64,000 nucleotides of DNA from an uncultured Chloroflexia bacterium (GCA_963833225.1 CAWHXD010000006.1:288001-352000); one strand, 5' to 3'. Positions 49,058 to 59,406 are shown, numbered from the stretch's first letter. A program made the numbers and translations. The notes: generated by a model not told the origin, from the letters alone.

Positions 49058-51107
49058 ATGCACGAGATGCACGACATGCCCGCGGCCCCGGCGCCCGACG
49101 GCGGAACCCACGACGAGCACGCCGGCGGACACGACAAGCACGCGGGCCACTCGGTCTCGATGTTCCGTGACAAGTTCTGGCTGAGCCTCGTCCTCACGAT
49201 CCCCATCGTGCTGCTCAGCCACGATGTGGCGGGATGGCTCGGGTACCGGCTGCCCGTGTTTGCCGGTTCGAGCGTGCTGCCGGCGGTCCTGGGCACGGTC
49301 GTCTTCCTGTACGGCGGCCTGGTGTTCCTCCGGGCCGCGGCGGGCGAGCTCCGGGAGCGCCAGCCGGGGATGATGACCCTGATCTCGCTCGCGATCGTCG
49401 TGGCGTTCGTGACGAGCTGGGCCGGCACGCTCGGCTGGTTCGAGATCGAGATCTGGTGGGAGCTCGCCAGCCTGATCACGATCATGCTGCTGGGCCACTG
49501 GCTCGAGATGCGCTCCATCGCCCAGGCTCGTGGCGCGCTAGCCGCGCTCGCCGACCTGTTGCCCGATACCGCAGACCGGGTCACGGCTGATGGGACCGAG
49601 GCTGTCCCGCTGGCATCGCTCGTCGTGGACGACATCGTCCTGGTGCGGCCGGGTGCCCGCGTGCCGGCCGATGGTGCCGTCGTCGATGGCGTTGCGGACG
49701 TCGATGAGTCGATGCTCACGGGCGAGTCCCGGTCGGTCGCCAAGCAGCCGGGCGACCAGGTGGTCGCGGGGACGGTGACCGCCGGTGGATCGCTGCGCGT
49801 CCGCGTGACGGCCAGCGGTGACGCAACGGCGCTGTCGGGGATCATGAGGATGGTGGCGGCCGCGCAAGCCTCTGCCTCGCGGGCGCAGGCCCTGGCCGAC
49901 CAGGCCGCCGCGCTCCTGTTCTACGTCGCGCTCAGCGCAAGCGGCGTGACCTTCCTGGTGTGGTGGCTCCAGGGGGACTCCAAGGGCGCCCTGGTGCGGA
50001 CGGCGACGGTCCTCGTGATCGCCTGTCCGCACGCGCTCGGCCTGGCGATCCCCCTGGTCATCGCGATCTCAACCTCGCTCGGGGCGCGGAACGGCCTGCT
50101 CGTGAAGGACCGGATCGCCCTCGAGCGGGCGCGCGAGCTGGACATGGTGATCTTCGACAAGACCGGCACGCTCACCAAGGGAGAGCCGGCGCTGGTTGCC
50201 GTCGCCGTGACGGACGGCATCGAGAAAGGCGAGCTCCTCCGCCTCGCGGCGTCTGTCGAGGCCGACTCGGAGCACCCGCTCGCCCGGGCGATCGTCCGGG
50301 GGGCGGCGTCGCGCGGGATCCCGCCCGAGCGCGCGTCGGGGTTCGAGGCGCTCGCCGGCCGGGGCGCCCAGGCCCGGGTCGGCGATGTCGACGTCCAGAT
50401 CGGCGGCCCGCGCCTGCTCTCGGATCTCGGCCTCAAGGCCGAGGGAGGCCTGGCCGATGCCATGGACGCCTGGGCGACCCAGGGGCAGACGGTGCTGGCC
50501 GTGGTGGCGGACGGGCACCTGGTCGGCGCGGTCGCCCTCGAGGACGAGATCCGCGCCGAATTCGGCCGAGGCCGTGGACCGTCTCCACCGCTCGGGCCTC
50601 CGCGTTGCCATGATCACCGGCGACGCGCAGGCCGTGGCCGACTCGGTTGCCCGGCGCCTCGGGATCGACGAGGTCGCCGCGCAGGTCCTTCCCGCCGACA
50701 AGGCCGACGCCGTCCGCCGGTTCCAGGCGGGCGGCCGATCGGTGGCGATGGTGGGCGACGGCGTCAATGACGCCCCGGCGCTGGCCACCGCGGACGTGGG
50801 AATCGCGATCGGCGCCGGCACGGACGTCGCCGTTGAGGCAGCAGGGATCGTGCTCGTCCGGAGCGACCCGCGCGACGTGGTTGCCGCCATCGACCTGTCG
50901 CGTGCGACCTACCGGAAGATGGTGCAGAACCTCGTCTGGGCCACCGCCTACAACCTGGTGGCGATCCCGATCGCGATGGGGGTCCTCGTCCCGTGGGGCT
51001 TCGACCTGCCGATGGCGGCGGGCGCCGTCGCGATGAGCCTGTCGACGATCATCGTGGCCGCCAACGCGCAGCTTCTGCGGCGCCTCCGGCTGCGACCGGC
51101 CGGCTGA
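49058..51107 (+). CDS. Copper-translocating P1B-type ATPase, CopB-like; frameshift at about 50560
   Basis: His/Met-rich N-terminus, [43 protein letters not shown]; start 49010 or 49058. Confidence 0.92.
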
Positions 51108-51108
51108 C

Positions 51109-52368
51109 CTATGCGGGCGGGGATCCCGCACGCGTGGCGTCGCGCGCTGCCTCCTCCGGCGCGGGCATCGACCGGAAGCTTCGGTACAGCAGCAGGTCGT
51201 ACGCGATCTTGAGGCCACCGCCGATCATGAACGGCAGGCCGGCGACGGCGGCGCTGCCCATGAGCGGGGCCGACAGGATCGGTGCCACCGCTGCCCCCAC
51301 GCTGCGCGCGATCCCGGTGACGCCGGCCGCCGCGGAGCGCTCGTCGGGATCGACCACGGCCATCGTGTACGACTGGCGGGTGGGGACGTCCATCTGGCTG
51401 ATCGAGTACCGCACCAGCAGCACTCCGGCCGCGAGCGGCAGGGAGGGCATGAGCGGCACCAGGATCAGCAGCACGTTCGAGGGCAGGTGGGTGAACACCA
51501 TCGTGCGAACGAGACCGATGCGGGCCGCGATCCTCGCCGCGAGCAGGGCGGAGATCCCCGCCAGCAGGTTGGCGCCGAACAGGATGCCGCCGATCAGCGC
51601 CGGGCTGGCCCCGAACCGGACGTGGAACCAGTAGGCGATCAGCGTCTGGACGATGAAGCCCCCGCCGAAGGCGTCGAGCGCGAACAGCGCCGACAGGCGG
51701 GCGACGGTCCGCTGCGAACGGTGGAGGCCGAGGCGGCGCGCCACGGAGACATCTGTGGCGTTGGGGACCTCCACGGCGCTCGACACCCGCGTGAACAGCG
51801 CCCCGAGCGCCAGGCCAAGCAGCGCGTAGCCCACGATGACCTCGCGGTAGGCATCGGCCGGACCCTGGCCGATGGCGATCAGGACCGCGGCGAGCGAGCC
51901 GCCCACGAGGGCGCCGGCCGCGGTGGAGAAGGACGCCACGAGGTTGAACCAGGCGAACACCCGCGTCCGCTGCCGGTCCTCAACGGTCTGCGCGAGCGCC
52001 GCCTGCTCCACGGCAAGGAACGGGCCCACCTCGTTGCCGCTGGGGCTGATGACCCCGATGGTGGCGGCGACGGCCAGCAGCGCGAACAGGTCCGTGGTCG
52101 AGAACACGATGCCGGCCCCGACCATCAACAGCGCGCCGACGAGGAGCACCCGCCGCCGCCCGACCCGGTCGGCATGCGTGGTCAGCCACAACGAGATCAC
52201 CGCGTCGCCGGCCAGCGTCAGGCCAAGCAACAGCCCGATGGCCGGGGTGTCCAGCCCGAGCGCGGCCAGGTACAGCACCAGCACCACGGACACCAGGCCG
52301 TACCCGAACATCCGCAGCGACCGCGTGGCGAACAGCAGGCGAGCGTCGCGACCCAGCGATGGTGTCAT
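51109..52368 (-). CDS. MFS transporter
   Basis: ADRVGRRRVL, about 12 TMs, ARIGLVRTMVFTHLPSN, SQMDVPTRQSY. Confidence 0.9.
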   Translation of the reverse strand: MTPSLGRDARLLFATRSLRMFGYGLVSVVLVLYLAALGLDTPAIGLLLGLTLAGDAVISLWLTTHADRVGRRRVLLVGALLMVGAGIVFSTTDLFALLAVAATIGVISPSGNEVGPFLAVEQAALAQTVEDRQRTRVFAWFNLVASFSTAAGALVGGSLAAVLIAIGQGPADAYREVIVGYALLGLALGALFTRVSSAVEVPNATDVSVARRLGLHRSQRTVARLSALFALDAFGGGFIVQTLIAYWFHVRFGASPALIGGILFGANLLAGISALLAARIAARIGLVRTMVFTHLPSNVLLILVPLMPSLPLAAGVLLVRYSISQMDVPTRQSYTMAVVDPDERSAAAGVTGIARSVGAAVAPILSAPLMGSAAVAGLPFMIGGGLKIAYDLLLYRSFRSMPAPEEAARDATRAGSPPA

Positions 52369-52393
52369 CGGGCAAGTGTGCCGCGTGCGACCA

Positions 52394-53905
52394 CTAGTCC
52401 GTGTGGCGGAAGTCGCTCCACATCTCGGACCACGGGCGCAGCGTTCGGCAGACGGCCACGCTGGCGCCCTGTTCCTGATTGGGCATTCCGGCCGCGTTGT
52501 CGATGGTGGCTATTGGCTCGCACGAGCCCAGGCGGCCACTCCACCACGGGGAGCTCCACCAGCCCACGAGGACGACGACGTCGTGATCGTCCGGCGGCGG
52601 CCCGAGGTCCGCGAGGCTGTTGTGCCCCGAATACGCTGCGGGCAAGTCCGGCCCCAGGAGCTCCAGCGCCCCCTGTTCGCCATAGTTGGCCGTGAGGATG
52701 ACCGCGCGGTCGCGCTCGTCGGACGGGAGCGCCTCGACCACCTTGCGAACGGTCGCCACCAGATCCGGCCAGCCCACCTGCTCCGCGTTCTCAGGATAGA
52801 TGTCGGGGATCGGCGTCGTGGCCAGGGTGGTAGCTGGGAGCACGGGGAGGGTCAGCAGCGCGACGATCGCGAGCGACCCGGCAGTAGCCACGCCGAGCAC
52901 CGGCGCCCGCCAGCCACCACGCCGCAGCCACGTGTCCGCAGCGATCGCCCCCGCAGCCATCAGGATCGGCAATGCGCCAGCGACGTAATAGCTCTTGCCG
53001 CCGGACACCAGCACCACGCCGAGGATGGCCAGGAATGCCGTGGAGAGCGTCCGGAACGGTCGCAGCTCCGGTGCACGGGCCAGACGCCACAGCCCGCCGA
53101 GCGAGATCGGGAACAGGAGCGGGCCGGCCAGCAGCAGGAGCTGCGGGAGGAGCATCACCCGGTTCTCGATCCCGTTGCCGGCGATGCGGCCGGCCATCGT
53201 GAGCTGCGGGAAGCCGTTGGCCGCCTGCCACGCGAGGTTGGGTGACCAGACCAGCAGCGCCACGAGTGCCCCCAGCCAGGGCCAGCGGGTCCGGAGCAGG
53301 TCCCGGCGATGGACCACCAGGCCGACGAACAGCCCGCCGACGAGGAACAGGACGAGGTGCTTGTTGAGCAGCCCGAGTCCTGCCACCACCCCGACTACCA
53401 GCCACAGGCGGGGATCCCCGCCGCGGAGCAGCCGGGTCACGAGCCACAGGATCAGCGCCCAGAACCCGAGGTCGTAGGTGGCGGTCACGCCGATATGGCC
53501 GGCGGCGAGGTAGCCGGACACGGCGGTCACGACCGCCGCAAGGACCTGCGCGCGACGCGACCCTCCCATCTCCCGGGCGATCGCGGCGACCAGCAGCACG
53601 CAGACGCCGATCGTCAGCGCGGGCAGGATCCGCAGCGCGAACGGCTCCAGCCCAACGAGGGTGACGGCGGCCGCCGAAAGGAGCGGGGTCAGCGGCGGCT
53701 GGTCCACGTATCCGAGGGAGGGGTGCCGGCCGACCACGATGAAGTACAGCTCGTCCCGGTGGAACCCGTACGCGGTAGCCAGGGCGAGTAGACCGATCAC
53801 GGCGACCAGGGCCACCGCCGCCACGAGGGGCACCGGAAACGCTGATCGAGATGCGTGCACGGGCACGACGCTCGGGCGATGCGCGTGGGCGTTCATGGAG
53901 GTCAT
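52394..53905 (-). CDS. GT-C fold (family 39/ArnT-like) membrane glycosyltransferase
   Basis: YGFHRDELYF, GYVDQPPLTP, GLLNKH, PNLAWQ, GKSYY, NYGEQGA, SGHN. Confidence 0.85.
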   Translation of the reverse strand: MTSMNAHAHRPSVVPVHASRSAFPVPLVAAVALVAVIGLLALATAYGFHRDELYFIVVGRHPSLGYVDQPPLTPLLSAAAVTLVGLEPFALRILPALTIGVCVLLVAAIAREMGGSRRAQVLAAVVTAVSGYLAAGHIGVTATYDLGFWALILWLVTRLLRGGDPRLWLVVGVVAGLGLLNKHLVLFLVGGLFVGLVVHRRDLLRTRWPWLGALVALLVWSPNLAWQAANGFPQLTMAGRIAGNGIENRVMLLPQLLLLAGPLLFPISLGGLWRLARAPELRPFRTLSTAFLAILGVVLVSGGKSYYVAGALPILMAAGAIAADTWLRRGGWRAPVLGVATAGSLAIVALLTLPVLPATTLATTPIPDIYPENAEQVGWPDLVATVRKVVEALPSDERDRAVILTANYGEQGALELLGPDLPAAYSGHNSLADLGPPPDDHDVVVLVGWWSSPWWSGRLGSCEPIATIDNAAGMPNQEQGASVAVCRTLRPWSEMWSDFRHTD

Positions 53906-54069
53906 CGGGTCGTTTTCAACCTCGCGCGGCAAGGGATCGATCGGCGGCGGGCGACGCGTGAAGCGCAGCCAATCCTCCCGGTGTGGATGAGGGCGGCGAA
54001 GGGTCATCCGGCACGTCATCCCGTTCCCTCCTACCCATCCGCTGCCCTCCGCCCAGGTCAGACGGCCCG

Positions 54070-54099
54070 GCTTGAGCCGTTTTTGAGGAACGCTTGCCC
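54070..54099 (+). promoter_or_regulatory. Putative OmpR-family direct-repeat site GCTTGAGC / TTTTGAGG / GCTTGCCC
   Basis: Three degenerate units with 11-bp period upstream of the 54194 gene. Confidence 0.5.
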
Positions 54100-54193
54100 C
54101 GCGCTGGATTGGCGGAGCAGGTCGGTTCATGCACCCTGTTCCCAGCACCCGGTTTCCCGACTGGTGTGCGCCGGAACAGGAGCCAGCGTTCCG

Positions 54194-55771
54194 ATGTCCC
54201 GCCCGAAACGGGCCCGCATTTACCCGGAAGCCGCCGCCGTCCCCCCGGCGGTGGCTTCCATTGCGTCCGACGACGCGGACGAGCTGCATCGCCGCGCAAC
54301 CGAGCTCCGCGAATACCGGATGGGTCGCGGCGCCCGGCCGGCCGGGTTCGAAACACCGGTGGTGCGCACGACCGGTACGGGCACGACCGCCGTCACCTTC
54401 CCGGTGCTGGGCATGACCTGCCGCGCCTGTGAGGTCCGGATCGGAAAGCACGTTGGACGGCTGCTGAACGTGGAGCGAGTCACGGCCTCAGCCGTCCGCG
54501 GCGAGGTCATGGTCGAATGCGCCGTGCCGGTCTCGGCGGCCGCCATCGAGCAGGCGATCAACAAGGCCGGCTACGAGATCGGGCGGACGTCGTGGCTCGC
54601 CCGGGACGCGAAGGTGTGGGGAACCGCGGGCGCGGGGCTGTTGTCCGTTGCTGCCGTGGCGGTCATCGCCCAGGTCACGGGCATCGGGGATCTTGCCGCG
54701 GGCGCCGGCGACCTCGACAGCGGCGGTCTCCTGGTGGCCCTCCTCCTTGGGCTAGCCGCCGGCGTGTCGACCTGCCTGGCCATGGTCGGCGGCCTCGTGC
54801 TGGGCCTGTCCGCCTCCTTCGCCGCACGGCGGGCCGCGCGAGGAGAGGAGACGGGAGCAGCAACCGCGCTGCGTCCGACCCTCGTGCTCGTGCTCGGCCG
54901 GATCGTGGGCTACGCGGTGTTCGGTGCGGCGCTCGGGGCCGTCGGAGCGAGCCTCACGATGCCGCCACTCCTCACGGCCGCTTTGATGATCGGGGTCGCG
55001 CTCGTGATGACCATCCTCGGCACGCGTCTCACGGGGGTGTCCCCAAGGATCGCGGGCTGGTCGCCCACGCTGCCGATGGGCGTCGGCTCGAGGCTCGGCC
55101 TTGGGCGAGACGCCGGCGGCACCGCCTACTCCGACACCCGCGCCGCCACGCTCGGTGCCCTCACGTTCGTGCTGCCCTGCGGCTTCACCCAGGCGGTCCA
55201 GATCTATGCGCTGTCAACGGGCTCGCCGGCGTTCGCCGCGGCCTTGTTGGCCACCTTCGCGTTGGGGACCGCTCCTGGGCTGCTGGCCCTTGCCGGTCTC
55301 CCGGTCGTCGTGCCCAGCGCGGCTCGGCCCACGCTCCTGCGGCTGGTGGGCGTCATGGTGCTTGGCTTCGCGCTCCTGAACCTCACCGCCGGTCTCCGCC
55401 TGTCGGGGATCGGCCTGCCGTCGCTGGCCGGCATCGCGTATGCGGCACCCCTGCCCGGGACGCTAACGGCGGTCGGCGTCCAGGCCATTACCACCTACCA
55501 GGACGCCGATGGCTACAGCCCCGCCAACATCGTGATCTACGCGGGCTATCCCACCATCTGGACGATCCAGTCCTCGACCACCGCGACCTGTGCAGCCTCC
55601 CTGTGGGCGCCTGGGGTCGACATCCGGGCGCGGCTGGAGAAGGGTGAGAACACGTTCGAGCTGCCACCGCTCCAGGCCGGCACCCTCAACTACACGTGCG
55701 CCATGGGGATGTATGCCGGGAGGATCACGGTCGTGGATCCGCCGGCCGCCGAGGCCGGCTCGGGCGGATGA
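54194..55771 (+). CDS. HMA, DsbD_2/TauE-like membrane domain and cupredoxin-like fusion
   Basis: GMTCRAC; GVSTCLAMVGG; LPCGFTQ; C-terminal YTCAMGMY; start uncertain. Confidence 0.85.
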   Translation: MSRPKRARIYPEAAAVPPAVASIASDDADELHRRATELREYRMGRGARPAGFETPVVRTTGTGTTAVTFPVLGMTCRACEVRIGKHVGRLLNVERVTASAVRGEVMVECAVPVSAAAIEQAINKAGYEIGRTSWLARDAKVWGTAGAGLLSVAAVAVIAQVTGIGDLAAGAGDLDSGGLLVALLLGLAAGVSTCLAMVGGLVLGLSASFAARRAARGEETGAATALRPTLVLVLGRIVGYAVFGAALGAVGASLTMPPLLTAALMIGVALVMTILGTRLTGVSPRIAGWSPTLPMGVGSRLGLGRDAGGTAYSDTRAATLGALTFVLPCGFTQAVQIYALSTGSPAFAAALLATFALGTAPGLLALAGLPVVVPSAARPTLLRLVGVMVLGFALLNLTAGLRLSGIGLPSLAGIAYAAPLPGTLTAVGVQAITTYQDADGYSPANIVIYAGYPTIWTIQSSTTATCAASLWAPGVDIRARLEKGENTFELPPLQAGTLNYTCAMGMYAGRITVVDPPAAEAGSGG

Positions 55772-55822
55772 GGGCTACGATCACGTTCGACCTGTGACGC
55801 AACCGCGCACCAAGGAGACCAG

Positions 55823-56020
55823 ATGACCGAGCAGCGTACCGTCGCCCCCAACGAGGATCCCGTCTGCGGCATGACCGTGGACCTCGAGCAGGCTCGCGCC
55901 AAGGGCCTCGTCCGCGAGCACGGCGGCCGCGAGTACGGGTTCTGCGGCAAGGGCTGCTTCCTTGAGTTCGGCGACGATCCCGAGGCGTTCCTGAAGGCCG
56001 ACTACAAGCCCGCGATGTAG
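55823..56020 (+). CDS. YHS-domain protein
   Basis: DPVCGMTVD...YGFCGKGC...DPEAF; AAGGAG RBS. Confidence 0.9.
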   Translation: MTEQRTVAPNEDPVCGMTVDLEQARAKGLVREHGGREYGFCGKGCFLEFGDDPEAFLKADYKPAM

Positions 56021-56073
56021 CGCCGATCCCGGGGCAGGCGGGCGCGTGCCCGTGTCGGTGGCACACTGCACCG

Positions 56074-56784
56074 ATGGAGCTGCGTCCCCACCGGGTCCTT
56101 GTCGTCGACGACGAGCCGCCCATCGTCGAGCTGCTGACCGGCTACCTCGAGCGCGAGGGCTGGCTCGTGCGGAGCGCCCCTGACGGCCCGACGGGGCTCG
56201 AGGAGGTGCGGGCGTTCGAGCCGGACGTGGTCGTCCTCGACGTCATGCTCCCAGGACTCGACGGGGTAGAGGTCTGCCGCCGGCTCCGGGCCTTCTCCGA
56301 CGCCTACGTGCTCATGCTCACGGCGCGCGGCGAGGAGATCGACCGGATCATGGGTCTCACCGTCGGAGCGGACGACTATCTCGTCAAGCCGTTCTCGCCG
56401 CGCGAGGTTGTGGCGCGGATCAAGGCCCTGCTCCGGCGCCCGCGTGTCTCGGGAGCGGCGACCGCCGGCACCCCGCCGGCGCGATCCGCCGCGGCCGGCC
56501 TGGAGATCGACGAGGGGCGTCGCCTCGTGCGCGTCGACGGTATCGCGGTGGAGCTCACGGCACTCGAGTTCAACCTCCTCGCGCTCCTTGCCCGGGAGCC
56601 GGGCATCGTCGTCTCCCGCCAGGCGCTCCTGGACTCGCTGTGGGGGCCGGAGTTCGTCGGCGACGACCACCTGGTTGACGTCCACATCGCCAACCTCCGG
56701 CGGAAGCTGGGCGACGGGCCCGCCAGCCCGCGGTTCGTGGAGACGGTGCGTGGCGTGGGATACCGGGTGCGAGAGTCGCCCTGA
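56074..56784 (+). CDS. OmpR-family response regulator (paralog of 47322..48032)
   Basis: VLVVDDEPPI, LDVMLP, GADDYLVKPF, VHIANLRRKL, ETVRGVGY. Confidence 0.95.
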   Translation: MELRPHRVLVVDDEPPIVELLTGYLEREGWLVRSAPDGPTGLEEVRAFEPDVVVLDVMLPGLDGVEVCRRLRAFSDAYVLMLTARGEEIDRIMGLTVGADDYLVKPFSPREVVARIKALLRRPRVSGAATAGTPPARSAAAGLEIDEGRRLVRVDGIAVELTALEFNLLALLAREPGIVVSRQALLDSLWGPEFVGDDHLVDVHIANLRRKLGDGPASPRFVETVRGVGYRVRESP

Positions 56785-57871
56785 TGCCCCGCAGCCTCCG
56801 CGCCCGACTCCTGCTGGCGTTCCTCGTGGTCGTCGCGGCAGCCCTCGGGACGGTCGGGATCGCCGTGCTGCTCGTCGGACCGGGCTACTTCGCCGAGGCG
56901 ATGGGCCACCTGCCCGGCGACCCGATGGGTGACGCCATGGCCGAATCGACCCAGGTCGCCTTCACGGATGCAATGCGCCAGGCCCTGGTGGCCGCCACGA
57001 TCATCGCGGTGGCCACGGCGACCGTCGTGAGCATCGTCGTGGCTGGGCGGATCGCCCGCCCGGTGGGCGCTCTGGCGCGGGCGGCCCGCCGGATCGCCGG
57101 CGGCGACTACCGCGATCGCGTCCGGGTCAGCGAGCCCGGCGAGCTGGGTGAACTGGCGGCGTCCTTCAACGACATGGCGGGCTCGCTCGAGGCGACCGAG
57201 CGGCGTCGCCTCCAGCTCGTCGGCGACGTGGCCCACGAGCTGCGGACGCCGCTGACGACGCTGGATGGCTACCTCGAGGGGCTCGAGGACGGCGTGGTCA
57301 CGCCCTCGGCCCAGACCTGGCACCTGCTGCGGGCCGAGACGTCAAGGCTCACCCGCATGGTGAACGAGCTGTCGGAGCTGTGGCGCGCCGAGGCGCATCA
57401 GCTCCCGCTCCAGATTGCCGCGGTGGACGTCGCCGAGGCGGCGCGCGAGGTCGGCGAGCGCTTCGCGCCGCAGGCTGCGGCCCGCGCGATCACGCTGGCG
57501 CTGCCGAGCGGCCCCCGCGATGGCGATGGCCGACCGGGATCGTGTCGCGCAGATCATCGCAAACTTCCTGTCCAATGCCCTGCGTCATGCGCCGGACGGC
57601 TCCCGCGTGACGGTATCCGCCGGTCGCAGCGGGAGCTGGATCCGTGCTGCCGTCGCGGACGAGGGGCCGGGTCTCGCCACGGATCAGCTCGAGGCCGTGT
57701 TCGAGCGCTTCTACCGGGTGGACGCGGCGCGAAGCCGCGCGGCCGGGGGATCCGGGAATCGGGCTGGCGATCGTGCGCGCGCTGGCCGGCGCAATGGACG
57801 GCGTGGCCTGGGCCGAGAGCGATGGTCCGGGCCGGGGCGCGACGTTCCTCGTGGAGCTCCCGGCTGCCTGA
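56784..57871 (+). CDS. HAMP sensor histidine kinase, Met/His loop; frameshifts at about 57512 and 57757
   Basis: HELRTP; NFLSNALRH, DEGPG, FYRVD, then GIGLAIV in shifted frames. Confidence 0.9.
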
Positions 57872-57930
57872 CGGACGCCCGGGCGGGCTCGCCTGCGGGG
57901 ATGCCCCCCCGGGGCTACTCGCCCCTGAGG

Positions 57931-59406
57931 CTACTCGCCCTGGGCCTTGCTGTAGCCGGGTTCCCCGTCGAACGACTGCAGCCGCTCCACGTGGTTCCAG
58001 CGGTAGCCGGCCCCGGTGATCCGCCCGAGGAGGTCGACCAGGTCGCTGTCGCGGACCACGGCACCTTCACGGGCGACGAAGCGCAGCCGCCACCAGCGGA
58101 CGTGATCGCTGGCCGCGATATCGGTGGCGGGGTACACCTTCGTACCCCGGGAGCCGACCATCTTGAGCATCAGCCGATCACCGGCCAGGTCCTCCATCAC
58201 CGGTCCGATCACGGCCGCGTCCCGGTCGTCCTCCACCATCACGTCCATGCCCACCAGCACGCGATCGATCGCCGCGTACCGCGAGGGCTCGTAGGACCAG
58301 CGAGGCAGCGGGGCCGCGCTCGACGGCGCCCGTCGCGTCCGGCCGGGGATGATCGGGCCGCGCTGGCCCAGGTTCGCGATCACGGCGTCGGTGAACGCGG
58401 TGGTCGAGGCGGCCTGCGCCGCGTCGCCGCCGGTCTGGCGCGCGAGGTCCTGCGTCATCACGGTGCCCGACGCCAGCGTGGCGAACACGGCGTTCTCGAC
58501 GGTATCCGCGACCTGCGGCTCACCGATGTGGCGCAGCATCATGACCGCCGACAGGATGAGCGCGGTCGGATTGATGACGTCCTTGCCGGCGTACTTGGGC
58601 GCCGAGCCGTGGACGGCCTCGAAGATCGCGACGTCGTCGCCAAAGTTGCCTGACCCGGCAAACCCGAGCCCGCCCACCAGCCCCGAGGCGAGGTCGCTCA
58701 GGATGTCGCCGTTCATGTTGGTCATGACCAGGACGTCGAATTGCGCCGGGTCCTTGGCCAGCTGGTGGGCGGCGTTGTCCACGATCACGTGCTGGGCGGT
58801 GATGTCCGGGTAGTCGCTGCTGACCTCCTCGAACACCCGCTTGAACATGCCCTCGGTGAGCTTGAGGATGTTGGCCTTGGTTGCGCAGGTGACGGTCTGG
58901 CGGCCCTCGCGGAGGGCGAGCTCGAAGGCGTAGCGGATGACCTTCTCGGAACCCTTGCGGCTGATGACCTTGAGGGCCTGGGCGACATCGGGCGTCTGCA
59001 TGTGCTCGATGCCCGCGTACAGGTCCTCGATGTTCTCGCGGACCAGCACGAAGTCGATGCCTTCACCCGCGTAGCGGGTTGGGACGCCGGGCAGCTGCCT
59101 GGCCGGGCGGATGTTGGCATACGTCTCGAACAGCTTGCGCAGGGTGACGTTGGCGCTCTTCTCCCCGAAGCCGACGGGGGTTTCGAGGGGGCCCTTGAGC
59201 ACGACGCGCGTGCGCTCGATGGAGTCGCGAGTTGCCTGGGGGACGCCCGACGGATCGCCGCGCTTGAACACCTCCGCGCCGGCGTCGGCCTCCTCCCACT
59301 CGATCGCGAGGCCGGCGGCGGCGATGATCCGCTGGGCGGACCGGACGATCTCCGGGCCGACCCCGTCGCCGGGGATGAGCGTGATCCGGTGCGGAAGGCC
59401 TGGCAT
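57931..59406 (-). CDS. icd: Isocitrate dehydrogenase, long form with C-terminal extension
   Basis: IPGDGVGPEI, LKGPLETPVG.GEKSANVTLRK, RENIEDLY, NMNGDILSD, FEAVHGSAPK, YSKAQGE. Confidence 0.9.
   Translation of the reverse strand: MPGLPHRITLIPGDGVGPEIVRSAQRIIAAAGLAIEWEEADAGAEVFKRGDPSGVPQATRDSIERTRVVLKGPLETPVGFGEKSANVTLRKLFETYANIRPARQLPGVPTRYAGEGIDFVLVRENIEDLYAGIEHMQTPDVAQALKVISRKGSEKVIRYAFELALREGRQTVTCATKANILKLTEGMFKRVFEEVSSDYPDITAQHVIVDNAAHQLAKDPAQFDVLVMTNMNGDILSDLASGLVGGLGFAGSGNFGDDVAIFEAVHGSAPKYAGKDVINPTALILSAVMMLRHIGEPQVADTVENAVFATLASGTVMTQDLARQTGGDAAQAASTTAFTDAVIANLGQRGPIIPGRTRRAPSSAAPLPRWSYEPSRYAAIDRVLVGMDVMVEDDRDAAVIGPVMEDLAGDRLMLKMVGSRGTKVYPATDIAASDHVRWWRLRFVAREGAVVRDSDLVDLLGRITGAGYRWNHVERLQSFDGEPGYSKAQGE

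Noticed and set aside
53985-54040. Clustered CATCC/GGATG pentamers upstream of the GT-C gene (possible NarL-type site)
   Set aside because: Irregular spacing and no cognate regulator in the window
44044-57900. tRNA-anchored integrative element
   Set aside because: No integrase or transposase and no duplicated tRNA 3' end seen; island status unsupported from sequence alone
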